Origin: a virus
Taxonomy: Duplodnaviria; Caudoviricetes
IMG/VR virus record: IMGVR_UViG_3300028048_000106
Span: 1-64,000 of that record
Reading direction: 5' to 3' (one strand)
Length of the DNA: 64,000 nucleotides
Part shown: positions 20,863-31,309 of the stretch, one piece after another
How positions within the stretch are numbered: position 1 is the stretch's first letter
How the letters are laid out: each line of letters opens with the position of its first letter
The notes under the pieces: model-generated
What the model saw: only the letters and a program-made list of their open reading frames with translations
What the model was told of the DNA's origin: nothing
The model's database searches: none
Translations under genes and position numbers: made by a program

Positions 20863-22221
20863 ATGGACGCAGCATTAGTAGACAGTCTTCAAGGGATAGT
20901 CAAGTATGTCGAAAGCAACCCTCTCATAGTCACGCTTACATCAGGTGGCGCCATTGTCTGGCTGTTTGCCAACTTGAGGAGCATAGTAGGGGCTGTTGTC
21001 TCTGGCATAAAGGCATGCATCTCATTCACTATCACAAACACATATGAAGACTCACGAGGAAGTGGATGTGGATACAATTTGAAGCTAAGGCAGATAGTGT
21101 TCAACAACTTCTTAGCAAGCACTAAGGCACTGTGGGAGAGGACAGTGAACATTGACTTGAGCAACTCTATTGATGTCAGCAACTTCTCTTCAGACACGGA
21201 TGCAACAGGCGTGTATGAGACATCATTTGCTGGACCACCTATTGACTCACAGGATGATGGATGCTTGAAGTCATCTGCCAAGATGGTGAACACATATGGC
21301 TTCTCAATACGGCTGCTGTTCAACAAGCTGTGCTGTGTAGAGCGCAGCTACAAGCTAGATGGCCAACGGATAACAATGAACACTTCTATAAGAGTGTACT
21401 TTGCATCTAAGAAGAAGTTCATGAAGAAGCTTGAGGATGCCATAAATGAGAAGGTCATTGAGAGTCTGCAGTCTAGTGCAGCAGGCAGCTATGTGAATGT
21501 CATCAATGGTGACACTTTCTCAGGACGGAAGATGAAGCGAAGCCTTGACTCAATATTCACTGAAGACAACGCCCACAAAGAGCTGTTCAACAGCATAAAG
21601 AGCTTCATTGACAACAAAGACACATACCAGAAGTTGAACTATCCATACAACTACTGTGGACTGCTGTATGGTGTGCCTGGCTCAGGCAAGACATCAACAA
21701 TTCTTGCAATTGCCTCAGAGTTGAAGAGAGATGTCCACTACATAAGCTTGGCACAGGCAAGCACTCAGACACTGTTGAAGTCATTCAATGACAACCCAAA
21801 TGGGTCAATATATGTCTTTGAAGACATTGATGCAATCTCATACAAAGGTGTGAAGAGCAGAGAAGAAGGCCAGCAGCAAGAAGATGATGGCATAGCAAAA
21901 GCATTTGGAGTGTCATTGTCAGACTTGTTGAACATGACAGATGGCCTTCTTGCATCTGATGGCACTATCTGCTTGTTCACGACAAACCACATTGAGAAGC
22001 TTGATCCGGCATTCTTGAGAGCTGGACGAATGAACAAGACTATTGAGTTCAAGTACATGGCACCTAGTGTGGCCCAGAAGATGGTAGAGACATATCTAGG
22101 AGTCTCTATAGGCAATATGATGGACAACATAAAGCCAGCTGAACTTCAAGAGAGCATTCTAGATGTGCTGCTGAACAAGAAGACGGTAGAAGACTTGAAA
22201 GAGAAGTTCTGTGTGAAATGA
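20863..22221 (+). CDS. BCS1-like AAA+ ATPase with N-terminal membrane anchor
   Basis: LLYGVPGSGKTS, VFEDID, LSDLLNMTDG, TTNHIEKLDPAFLRAGR. Confidence 0.85.
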   Translation: MDAALVDSLQGIVKYVESNPLIVTLTSGGAIVWLFANLRSIVGAVVSGIKACISFTITNTYEDSRGSGCGYNLKLRQIVFNNFLASTKALWERTVNIDLSNSIDVSNFSSDTDATGVYETSFAGPPIDSQDDGCLKSSAKMVNTYGFSIRLLFNKLCCVERSYKLDGQRITMNTSIRVYFASKKKFMKKLEDAINEKVIESLQSSAAGSYVNVINGDTFSGRKMKRSLDSIFTEDNAHKELFNSIKSFIDNKDTYQKLNYPYNYCGLLYGVPGSGKTSTILAIASELKRDVHYISLAQASTQTLLKSFNDNPNGSIYVFEDIDAISYKGVKSREEGQQQEDDGIAKAFGVSLSDLLNMTDGLLASDGTICLFTTNHIEKLDPAFLRAGRMNKTIEFKYMAPSVAQKMVETYLGVSIGNMMDNIKPAELQESILDVLLNKKTVEDLKEKFCVK

Positions 22222-22266
22222 CGATTGAGCATCTTTCTTGCTTGCCTAGAATGTAAATAAGCATGT

Positions 22267-23073
22267 ATGGAAATCATCAAAGCAACAGTCAAAGACATTA
22301 TGCTATCTAGCGAGATAGTAACAGACATTTAGGGTGGAAGTAGTCAAGGCGTAAGCGAGCTTAGTGCATAGTTGAGTTCACTTTAGAAGATGCTCATATT
22401 TGATGACTATGAGAGCACTTGCGTGCAGAAGATGTCTGACTCTATCAGTTCTGACAACTTCAACTGCTAGCTCTCAAGCAGTCTTGGATGCTACCCATTT
22501 GAGACATTGCTGACATCATTTTGCAAAGACAATGGCGCATCTATTTGGCAAGAAGACTTGTTTCTCAACAAAGTGTCTTTCTTGTCTCGCACAGTTGCAG
22601 CTAGTCCAATCCCATCTGGCACAAATGTCTTCATTGTCATCTCTCCAACAAAGGCGTCTGACTTCTATGACAAGACAACCGCTCCTGAAGACACATCTGC
22701 TCTTGAGGTAGAGCTGAAGGCCGCTGTCCAAGATGGCAGAGCATGGAAGTCAACTACTGTTGCATATCCAGATGCATAGAACACCTTAATTGAGTTTGAA
22801 GCAGATGCAGCAAGCAAGCAGCATTTCAATGCAGCTGTTGCCAACAAGCTTTGGATCTATTGGTTCAAAGATGATGGTGATAGTGGCTCTCTCATCAAGA
22901 ATGTTGGCATAAAGGTCAAACCAATGTCATCATCATCTGAGTTTGACGCATACAAAGACAACACTGGGCCATATTGGATGATAAACAACAAGTGGTACAC
23001 TCCAATCATCGATGTTGAGTTCTCTACAAAGTTGAAGATCCCTTATGCATTCACAAAGAGCTTGATTAAGTGA
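22267..23073 (+). CDS. hypothetical late (probably virion) protein, TAG-recoded
   Basis: Continuous frame to TGA 23073; GTAAATA at 22253. Confidence 0.7.
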
Positions 23074-23103
23074 ACTATTCACACCCTAAAGGATGTGATG
23101 TTT
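23070..23103 (+). repeat. IS200/IS605-type end hairpin remnant
   Basis: GTGAACTATTCACACCCTAAAGGATGTGATGTTT; 32/34 identical to 38003-38036; related copy inverted at 63495-63521. Confidence 0.65.
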
Positions 23104-23201
23104 CTTATAGAAGAAAGTCTAAAATTAAAGAAAGATGACATAGAAAAGCTAGAAATTGTCTCTAGCTTTTATTGTCTTTTCTATATGCGTAGCATATAGA
23201 C

Positions 23202-25238
23202 ATGAGTGAGTCAATATTCAACAATGCAGTAGACTTAAGTGACATACCACAAGACCAATGGCGCAAAAACTACATTGGTCCTGGATATCGCAATGTCTTC
23301 TACACAACCAACCATGACAGAGAAGGGCGCATTGTCCTCTTTGGATTTGACTTAGCTGGAAACCCTAAGACATTCATCTGCCCATGGAAGTCACAGTTCA
23401 AGTTCCGCGTGAAGTATGACACTCCTGAGAAAGACATCTTTGGCAACTATGTTGAGACACGCTTCTTCAAGTCAAGCTATGAGCGGAAGAAGAGGCTTGA
23501 AGACATTGGACAGAGCCTTTGGATTGTTGAGTGCTTGAAGCCAGAGCAAGAGTTCTTGCAAGAGATGTTCTACAAGAACTGCCTAGATGAGTCATTCAAC
23601 ACACAGCCAATGCGCATGCAGTTCATTGACATTGAGACAGAAGTCTCAGATGTCTTCATGCGCCCATCTGATGCTGGCAACCGCATCAACATGATAACTA
23701 TCTATGACACACTCACTGAGAAGTTCTACACATGGTCACTTGAGCACGCTGACATCAAGTTCCATGATGAGTATGATGAGAATGGGCATCTTGTGTGGGA
23801 GAACCCACTGAAAGACCTTCCAAAAGACAAGTTTGAGTTCTTTGAGTTCAACAACAATGAAGAGCGTCTTCTTGAAAGCTTCTTAGACTGGATTGAAGGC
23901 AACTACCCTGACATCAGCTATGGATGGAACATAAAGGCATTCGACTGGCCATACATTGTGAGGCGCATTGAGAATGTCTTAGGGAAGAGCCATGCGGCAC
24001 GTCTGTCTCCTGTTGGCAAGTACAGGATAAAAGAAGTGAACCATGATGCACCAAAGGCAGATGTTGGTGCAGAGATAGAAGTAGACATATCTGGCTTGTT
24101 CATTGCAGATGGCCTAGTGCTGTATAGAGACAAGTTCTTGATTGCTCCTGCTCTTGATGGAGGGTACAACCTCTCAAATGTTGGTGAGCATGAAGGCCTT
24201 GGCAAGAAGATCCAATATAAAGGGACTCTCAAAGACTTGTATGTCAAAGACTACCAGAAGTTCTATGAGTACAATGTGCGAGATGTCCATTTGACTGTAG
24301 AGATTGAGAAGAAGTGCAAGCTTACAAATCTTGCAAGGAAAGTTGCAGGACGTGGACTCTGCCCTTATGGCACAATCTACTCATCAATTGCATATCTCAC
24401 TGGCTCATTGATTGCATTCTCACGAGACAAGATGGATGCAATATTCCAGTCTTACTTGAATCGGCCAAATGTCAAAGAAGAGTATGAAGGCGCGTTCGTG
24501 TTCCCTCCTGTGCAAGGTGTGTATAGAGGAGGGATTGCCTGTGTAGATTTTAATAGTTTATATCCATCAAGCATTCGAGCATCAAATATGTCTATTGAGA
24601 CATATGTGGGCAAGATATCACGGATGAATGTCTTGTTTGACAGTGCAAGCCAACGTAGAGCTTTCAACATGGAAGAGTACATTGACATCAATGATGAGAC
24701 AATTGATGACCTTTGGTTCTATCCAGCAAATGGTGGAAAAAGAAAGCAGGTGAAAAGAGAAGACATTGTCAAGCTTGTCAAGACAAAGTGCATCTACACA
24801 AGGAACAACACCCTGTTCTTGAAGCACAGTGTCAAGCAGGGTGTCATATCTGCATGGTGCAAGCACTTCTACAACTTACGCAAGGCAACTAAGAAGAAAG
24901 GCCAAGCACTTGACCTTGAGATATACAAAGGCAGCATCCCTAAAGACCAGATAGCAAAGGCAAAGCTTGATGTTGAGAACCTTGATGCTGACCAGCACTC
25001 TTTGAAGATCATGCTCAACTCAGTGTATGGCATGTTTGGCACAAACCACTCACCTATATACAGTGCACACATTGCACAGAGCATCACTCGCACTGGAAAG
25101 TTCTGTAACATAAGTGCAAGCAAGTTCATCAAGAAGAGGTTCAAAGATTTGTTTGGAATTGATGACAGCTATGCTTCAGTTGCAAGTGGAGACACTGACA
25201 GCATCACTAAAGATACTATTTTATATATAAGATCTTAA
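23202..25238 (+). CDS. family B DNA polymerase, N-terminal part, ending in 12-aa split intein N-fragment
   Basis: Exo I FIDIETE, Exo II WNIKAFD, Exo III YNVRD, motif A VDFNSLYPS, motif B KIMLNSVYG; ends GDTD-SITKDTILYIRS-TAA. Confidence 0.95.
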   Translation: MSESIFNNAVDLSDIPQDQWRKNYIGPGYRNVFYTTNHDREGRIVLFGFDLAGNPKTFICPWKSQFKFRVKYDTPEKDIFGNYVETRFFKSSYERKKRLEDIGQSLWIVECLKPEQEFLQEMFYKNCLDESFNTQPMRMQFIDIETEVSDVFMRPSDAGNRINMITIYDTLTEKFYTWSLEHADIKFHDEYDENGHLVWENPLKDLPKDKFEFFEFNNNEERLLESFLDWIEGNYPDISYGWNIKAFDWPYIVRRIENVLGKSHAARLSPVGKYRIKEVNHDAPKADVGAEIEVDISGLFIADGLVLYRDKFLIAPALDGGYNLSNVGEHEGLGKKIQYKGTLKDLYVKDYQKFYEYNVRDVHLTVEIEKKCKLTNLARKVAGRGLCPYGTIYSSIAYLTGSLIAFSRDKMDAIFQSYLNRPNVKEEYEGAFVFPPVQGVYRGGIACVDFNSLYPSSIRASNMSIETYVGKISRMNVLFDSASQRRAFNMEEYIDINDETIDDLWFYPANGGKRKQVKREDIVKLVKTKCIYTRNNTLFLKHSVKQGVISAWCKHFYNLRKATKKKGQALDLEIYKGSIPKDQIAKAKLDVENLDADQHSLKIMLNSVYGMFGTNHSPIYSAHIAQSITRTGKFCNISASKFIKKRFKDLFGIDDSYASVASGDTDSITKDTILYIRS

Positions 25239-25280
25239 ATTTATGTCTTTATCCATCTTCTGTTAGAGGTAAATATAAAT

Positions 25281-27083
25281 ATGGGACAAGTATAGACAAA
25301 TATAGACTTATATTCAAAAATCAACCTTAATTGGACTCAACAAGATGAAGAGTTCTTGAAAATTGCTCTTGATGCGCATGATAAAAGTAGAATTGGATGG
25401 GTCAAATGGCTAGTAAAACATTATCCAGAAGTTGTTGATTGGTTATGGCATCGTCATCCATTATTGACAGACTCATATAACATATCAACACATCTATATT
25501 GGCTTGAGCATAAGTTTGTTGAATTTCCTAGATGCAAAGTGTGTGGAAAACCTATGTCAAAAGACATAGATTCTTTTGATGGAGGGTATTTTAGAGCATG
25601 CAATCCACTATGCGCAGCTAAAGACCCAAAAAGAAAAAAGAAGTATCAAAACACTTGTCTTGATAGATATGGATCTTCTAACTATTTAGCATCAAAAGAT
25701 GGAAAAGCAAAACGTGATCTTTGGCTTGCTTCTCAAGGAGTCACTAATGCATTTCAACTTGAATCTGTGAAAGAGAAAGCAAAGCAGTCTCGAAAAGACC
25801 ATTTTGGATATGAATTCACAATGCAAAGCCCTGAAAAAAGAAAACTCGCAAGTGACAACTACAAGAAGAAGACAGGATATGTGCATCAATTCTATGACCC
25901 AAATGTCCAAAAGAAAATCAATCAAACAAAGAAAAACACGATTGCTGCTGGAATAGATCCACGAAAGAAGTTCAAGCAAAATTGGAGAATACGACGTTAT
26001 AATAGCATTGCATCTCTTTCAACTGAAGTAGTTCCACTGTTCTCTCTTGAGCATTTTATGCAATTTGACAGAATTGGTCAATACCATGTTCTATTTGATT
26101 GGCACTGCAACAAATGTGGAAAAGACTTTAAAGCACATCTTGACCAAAATTTGATTCAACGTAGTAGATTGCCAGCTAGATGTTTGGTTTGCCATCCAAT
26201 ATCAAATGGAACATCTAGATATGAATATGAAATTACTGATTTTTTGATGAAATCTTGTGGAATAGCAGATGTAAAGATGCATGATAGAGATGTCTTGAGC
26301 CCTTATGAGATAGACATATCAGTTCCAAGCAAGAAGATTGGCTTTGAGTTTGATGGTCTATTTTTCCATTCAGAGACAAATGGAGGAAAAGACAAATCTT
26401 ACCATGTATTCAAGACTGACATGGCTAGAAAGAATGGATATCAACTATTCCACATATTTGAAGATGAATGGATAAACCATAGGCAATTGGTTGAGTCTCG
26501 TATAAGAAGTATATGCGGCAAGCCTAAAGAAAGACTTTTTGCTAGAAAATGCTGTGTTAGAGAGATTAATGACGCATGGCAAGTAAAAGATTTTTTGAAT
26601 TGCAACCATCTGCAAGGATGGTGTGCATCTAAAGTGAACTATGGCTTATTCTATGAAGGCCATCTAGTTGCAATGATGACATTTGGAAAGCCAAGATATA
26701 GCAAGTCATTTGATTGGGAACTACTTAGATATTGTTCAAAGATAGATGTGCAAGTCTTAGGAGGAGCTGGAAAGCTTCTTAGCGCTTTTGAGAAGGACTA
26801 TCATCCAAAAATGCTTTTGTCATATGCTGATAGACGATGGTCATTTGGAAAGATGTATGAGTCTCTTGGATTCTCACTAGACCATACTAGTAGTCCAAAT
26901 TATTGGTATCTTAAGACTGGCATATGCAAGAGGTTTTCACGTATTGACTTCCAAAAGCACAAGTTAAAAGACATTCTTCAAAATTTTGATTCATCACTGA
27001 CTGAAGTTGAGAATATGCGAGCAAATGGCTATGATCGAATATTTGACTGTGGAAACTTTGTATATGTAAAGCCATATGTTTAA
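25281..27083 (+). CDS. free-standing homing endonuclease (Zn fingers, PD-(D/E)XK/Vsr-like domain, Hef-like C-terminus); one TAG at codon 5
   Basis: CKVCG, CNKCG..CLVC, YEIDI..IGFEFDGLFFH, IFEDEW, SYADRRW, RIFDCG; lies between the polymerase halves. Confidence 0.85.
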
Positions 27084-27118
27084 AATAAGATGTCTATCTA
27101 AAAAAGTATGATTTCTAT

Positions 27119-28429
27119 ATGAATCAACAGATAAACATAGAGAGTTTATATGATAGTCTAGTAGATAAGTTTGATATAGAAAATAGAGGCTCATATGAAG
27201 TCATCTATCCAAGTGGCATTGAGATAAAAGTCTTTGGAAACAAATATGTCAAATTAGTTGCAGTCTCAAGGCATAAGACTTCTAAGCATATTGTTGAGGT
27301 GTCAGTTGTGTCTTCAAAAGGAATTGACAAAGTCAAAGTGACAACTGATCATATTTGCATGGTGTACAATGATGACCATTTCTTTGAGAATGTTGATGCA
27401 AAGAACTTGAAAGTTGGCAACTATGTGTCTGTATATGACAGTGAAAAAGACATTGAATTAGTTGGGACAATATCTAGTCTAGTTGATTTGGGGCAAATTG
27501 ATGAGTGGGTGTATGACTGTGAAGTAAATGACAATATGCACGCATTCTATGCAAATGATATTCTTGTGCACAACTCACAGTTTGTGAACATAGAGTGTGT
27601 GACAGATGACTTCAAGAAGAAGTATAGCCTTGGAGGCAACTTGGCAAAGTGGGATGATGAGAGCAAGCTCAAGCTTTGGAAGTGGGTAGACAACTTTGTT
27701 GAGACAGAAGTCAATCCATTCGTGCAGAATGACTTGATTGGCAAGACATACTGCACTGAGCATCCAGAAGTGCTGCGCTACTCACTTGAGTATGTTGGCG
27801 CTGTTGGCATCTATGAGAGGAAGAAGCACTATGCTGTCCACAAGATACTGTCAGAAGGGCCAGAGATTGTTGACAAAGTCAAGTTCTCAGGCATTGAGCT
27901 CAAGAAGGCATCTACTCCAGCTACTGTGAAAGACATCCTTCGTGACATATACTTAGGTGTCCTCAAAGAAGACTGGACTGAGCACCAGTTCATTGAGTAT
28001 GTCAATGCAGCATATGAGAAGTTCAAGACGCTCACGATCTCAGACATTGCAATGTGGAAAGGGTACAACACGGCCCGAGAAGCTGTTGGGTTCTTAGACA
28101 TGGAGACTGGTGCAACAGGCATATCAAAGGCATGCACATACTACAACCAAATGGTAGACCACTTGAAGATTGGCAAGAAGTATGACACGATCTTGCTTGG
28201 CCAAAAAGTGCGTTTTGCATATGTCATCCCTTCAAATGAATATGGCATTGAGTGCATTGCATTCCATGATGGGCAGTGGCCAATTGAGTTTGACAGCATA
28301 TTCAAAGTTGACTATGATGTGATGTTTGACAAGATGGTCTTGTCACCATTGAAAGGGTTCTTAGAGGCGACAAAGTTCAAGAAAGTTGACCCTAGGAAGC
28401 AAGTTGTGTTTGACATATTCGACTTATGA
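27119..28429 (+). CDS. split intein C-fragment (152 aa) fused to PolB C-terminal part
   Basis: INIESLYD, block B VTTDH, block F WVYDCEV, block G ILVHN/S; extein SQFVN..KKHYA..FSGIELKK. Confidence 0.95.
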   Translation: MNQQINIESLYDSLVDKFDIENRGSYEVIYPSGIEIKVFGNKYVKLVAVSRHKTSKHIVEVSVVSSKGIDKVKVTTDHICMVYNDDHFFENVDAKNLKVGNYVSVYDSEKDIELVGTISSLVDLGQIDEWVYDCEVNDNMHAFYANDILVHNSQFVNIECVTDDFKKKYSLGGNLAKWDDESKLKLWKWVDNFVETEVNPFVQNDLIGKTYCTEHPEVLRYSLEYVGAVGIYERKKHYAVHKILSEGPEIVDKVKFSGIELKKASTPATVKDILRDIYLGVLKEDWTEHQFIEYVNAAYEKFKTLTISDIAMWKGYNTAREAVGFLDMETGATGISKACTYYNQMVDHLKIGKKYDTILLGQKVRFAYVIPSNEYGIECIAFHDGQWPIEFDSIFKVDYDVMFDKMVLSPLKGFLEATKFKKVDPRKQVVFDIFDL

Positions 28430-28734
28430 GCACTAGTTTCGAGCATAGGCATCAAGTACGTGTAGCTCTCGCCACTAGAATAGCAAAAGATGCTATGCAT
28501 AACGCACTTAGCTATTGCTTGTTTGAAGAGTGGAAGAGCATTGATGCTTGGCTACGTGACCATATATTAGAAGCAGTGCGGCCATTCATTGAGTCAGGAG
28601 ACATTGACAGTGTTAATGTTGTCCACCACTTTTCAGAGAAAGGCAAATGGAATTTTGAGCTGAAAGTCATTCCGACTCAAGTAGTCTCATTCACATGCAG
28701 AATAGACATAGGAGAAGACAATGAGGATAATTGA
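28426..28734 (+). CDS. hypothetical protein
   Basis: ORF overlaps both neighbours. Confidence 0.55.
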   Translation: MSTSFEHRHQVRVALATRIAKDAMHNALSYCLFEEWKSIDAWLRDHILEAVRPFIESGDIDSVNVVHHFSEKGKWNFELKVIPTQVVSFTCRIDIGEDNEDN

Positions 28735-29824
28735 AGAAGAGCAGCTAGACTTTGATGATGTGCTGATACAGCCAAAGTGCTCTAAGATACTGTCTAGAAG
28801 CGAAGTCAACTTGATGCGTGAGTTCAAGTGGTATGACATTGACAACACTAAGAAGTTCACTATGACTTGCATCCCTTATGGCACAACTAACATGGGGACA
28901 GTTGGTGTCTGCAAAGTAGCTGAGAAGATGGTGAAGTTTGGGCACATTGCTTGTCTTGAAAAGCACATCCCTTATGAAGAGATTGAAGCGCTTTTCTCAA
29001 GCTTGAGCGAAGATGAGGCTGCTCGTGTGATTCCAAGCATTGGCATAAAAGAAGACTGCGGCACAATAAAGAAGCTATATGACAAGTTCCACCTCAAGAT
29101 GGTGATGATTGATGTCCCTAATGGCTACATCCCAACACTGATCAATAGAGTGAAAGAGATTCATGAGCACTGTAAAGACACTTGCATAATAGCAGGAAAC
29201 ATTGTTGATGCTGCCGGTGCTGCACAGTTGATGGATGCTGGAGTCAAAGTAGTCAAAAGTGGGATAGGGAATGGAAGCGTATGCCTCACAAGGCTTAAGA
29301 CTGGTGTTGGCCGTCCACAGTTGTCTACATTGCTCGAAGTTGCTGATGCGTGCCACCAACGTGGATGCTATGTCTTGTGTGATGGAGGAGTCAACTCTGC
29401 TGGTGATGTGTGCAAAGCATTTGGTGCTGGAGCAGACTTCGTCATCTCTGGATCTTTGTTTGCTGGATGTGATGAAGCTGAAGGCAGCACCATTGAGAAG
29501 CAGTACTTGCTTGATGAACTTGATGAAGATGGCACATCAATCATTGCAGTAAAGAAGTTCAAGCAGTACTATGGCATGAGCTCTCACTTAGCGCAAGAGA
29601 AGCACTTTGGCGGTGTGAGGAAATACTCATCAAGTGAAGGAAGAGAGAAGTTGATACCTTATTCTGGACCACTTGAAGATGTCATTCAAGACATTGATGG
29701 TGGCCTTAAGTCTTGCTGTGCCTACATTGGCTGCACTAAGATGAAGAACTTCAGCCGCCACACGACATTCTACAAAGTCAGACGGCAGTTGAACATAAAG
29801 TTTGACAAATGCAAAGACATATGA
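28721..29824 (+). CDS. guaC: GMP reductase
   Basis: LDFDDVLIQPK, SRSEV, IDVPNGY, KSGIGNGSVCLTR, DGG..GDVCKAFGAGADFV, YGMSS, SSEG; no CBS domains. Confidence 0.9.
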   Translation: MRIIEEEQLDFDDVLIQPKCSKILSRSEVNLMREFKWYDIDNTKKFTMTCIPYGTTNMGTVGVCKVAEKMVKFGHIACLEKHIPYEEIEALFSSLSEDEAARVIPSIGIKEDCGTIKKLYDKFHLKMVMIDVPNGYIPTLINRVKEIHEHCKDTCIIAGNIVDAAGAAQLMDAGVKVVKSGIGNGSVCLTRLKTGVGRPQLSTLLEVADACHQRGCYVLCDGGVNSAGDVCKAFGAGADFVISGSLFAGCDEAEGSTIEKQYLLDELDEDGTSIIAVKKFKQYYGMSSHLAQEKHFGGVRKYSSSEGREKLIPYSGPLEDVIQDIDGGLKSCCAYIGCTKMKNFSRHTTFYKVRRQLNIKFDKCKDI

Positions 29825-30036
29825 AAAGACAATTTGACATCTGCAGAGACTTTGACCCGTATAAGTGCTGGGACCTTGGCTGCATTGAAGTAGAAGACAG
29901 TCTTATCTATGATGAGAATGGTGAAATAGTTGATGAAGAGCTGTTCTGTGGAGGTGACTTCACAGATCTAGAAAAGTGCCCATTGAAAAGGCACATAGAA
30001 GGCCTTGACATAGATGATGTGCAAACATCTAAGTAA
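29821..30036 (+). CDS. small acidic Cys-containing hypothetical protein
   Basis: ATGA overlap with guaC. Confidence 0.5.
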   Translation: MKRQFDICRDFDPYKCWDLGCIEVEDSLIYDENGEIVDEELFCGGDFTDLEKCPLKRHIEGLDIDDVQTSK

Positions 30037-30047
30037 GTATTGCTGCT

Positions 30048-30239
30048 ATGGACTAGAATGAAACAATGATTTAGAAAGTACTGTCTAAGATTGAAGAAGT
30101 TGAAGACTTGCTCAATGATATACTTCCAAAGACAGACAAGAAGCACAAAGAAGAGATTCTTGATATCTGCAGTCTTGTAAGAATAAGAGCTGAACAATAC
30201 ATGAATGAGTACGGAGTAAATGAAGGAGTAGAGATATGA
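30048..30239 (+). CDS. small hypothetical protein (two TAG)
   Basis: Read-through frame ends in ATGA overlap with the next gene. Confidence 0.55.
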
Positions 30240-31309
30240 GAGTGGTAGAGCCATTTGAGTCACTTTATGGATGCAGAGATGCCATCTTCTTGGCAGGCCA
30301 TTGTCCAAGAGAAGACTTCAATGAAGATTGGCGTCTTGACGCGTTTGACATGTTGAAGCGCATTGGCTTTGATGGGACAGTGCTAAGCCCTACAAACCCA
30401 AAGTACATGGATTTGATTGACGCTCAAGGCATGGCACCAGACGCAGCAAGAGAGAAGCAAGTTGCATGGGAACGAGCAGCGATGCACGTTGCATCAGCTA
30501 TTGTCTTTTGGGTTCCACGCAGCAAGAAGTTTCCAGCTTTGACAACAAACTATGAGTTTGGAGAGTGGTACAAGAAGCCGCATGTCTTTGTTGGCTGGCC
30601 AGAAGAAGCAGAGCACTGTGACTACATGAGATGCAAGCTCAAAGAGCAAGGGAAGACTTACTGCAAGACTCTTGAAGAGACATTGAGATCAGCAGTAGAT
30701 GCATTGAAAGAGAGCAAAGGGCCTTGGTTCACTTCTGACACACACTTCTGCCAGCAACGGACACTCGAATTGTCTCGTCGTCCATTTGTTGATGTCACAG
30801 CAATGGACTATGAGATGGTGTCTAACTGGAACAAGAGAGTGACTATGCAAGATGAAGTCATCCATGCAGGAGACTTCATAGATCCAGACAAGGCTGCGGC
30901 AATACTCAAGCAGATGCTGAGCATCTTGAACTTCAAGAAGATGCATTGGGTCCTTGGAAACTATGACAGGAAGATAAAAGACTTGATAGTCCAGTATGCT
31001 GCTGAAAGTGGAAGAGACATTGCTGTCTATGACTCCAACTACAAGTTTTCAACAGACAAGCACTCTTATGTTGTTGTCCATGAGCCAAATGACTTTGAGA
31101 TAGATGCTTCTCCGGATGACATCATCCTCTATGGCCACATACATGGCCGCTCTTTTGCAAAGAAGAATGGCTTTGACCTTGGAATTGACTACCACCAATA
31201 CTCTCCAATCAGCATTGAGCAAGTTGAGTGGTTTGCAAATGCGATGAAGTATTGGGACAAGAATGTCTACTCAGATGCTTGCAGCATAAGCTAGACAGAC
31301 AGCATTTGA
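30236..31309 (+). CDS. nucleoside 2-deoxyribosyltransferase-like domain fused to calcineurin-like phosphoesterase
   Basis: IFLAG..WR..QVAWE..IVFW..TTNYEFG; FTSDTHF, AGDF, LGNYD, HEP, YGHIH; TAG at 31292, next TGA 31309 overlaps downstream ATG. Confidence 0.8.

Noticed and set aside
25239-27118. Group I intron in polB
   Set aside because: Only about 40 nt of non-coding sequence on each side of the endonuclease; intein motifs explain the split
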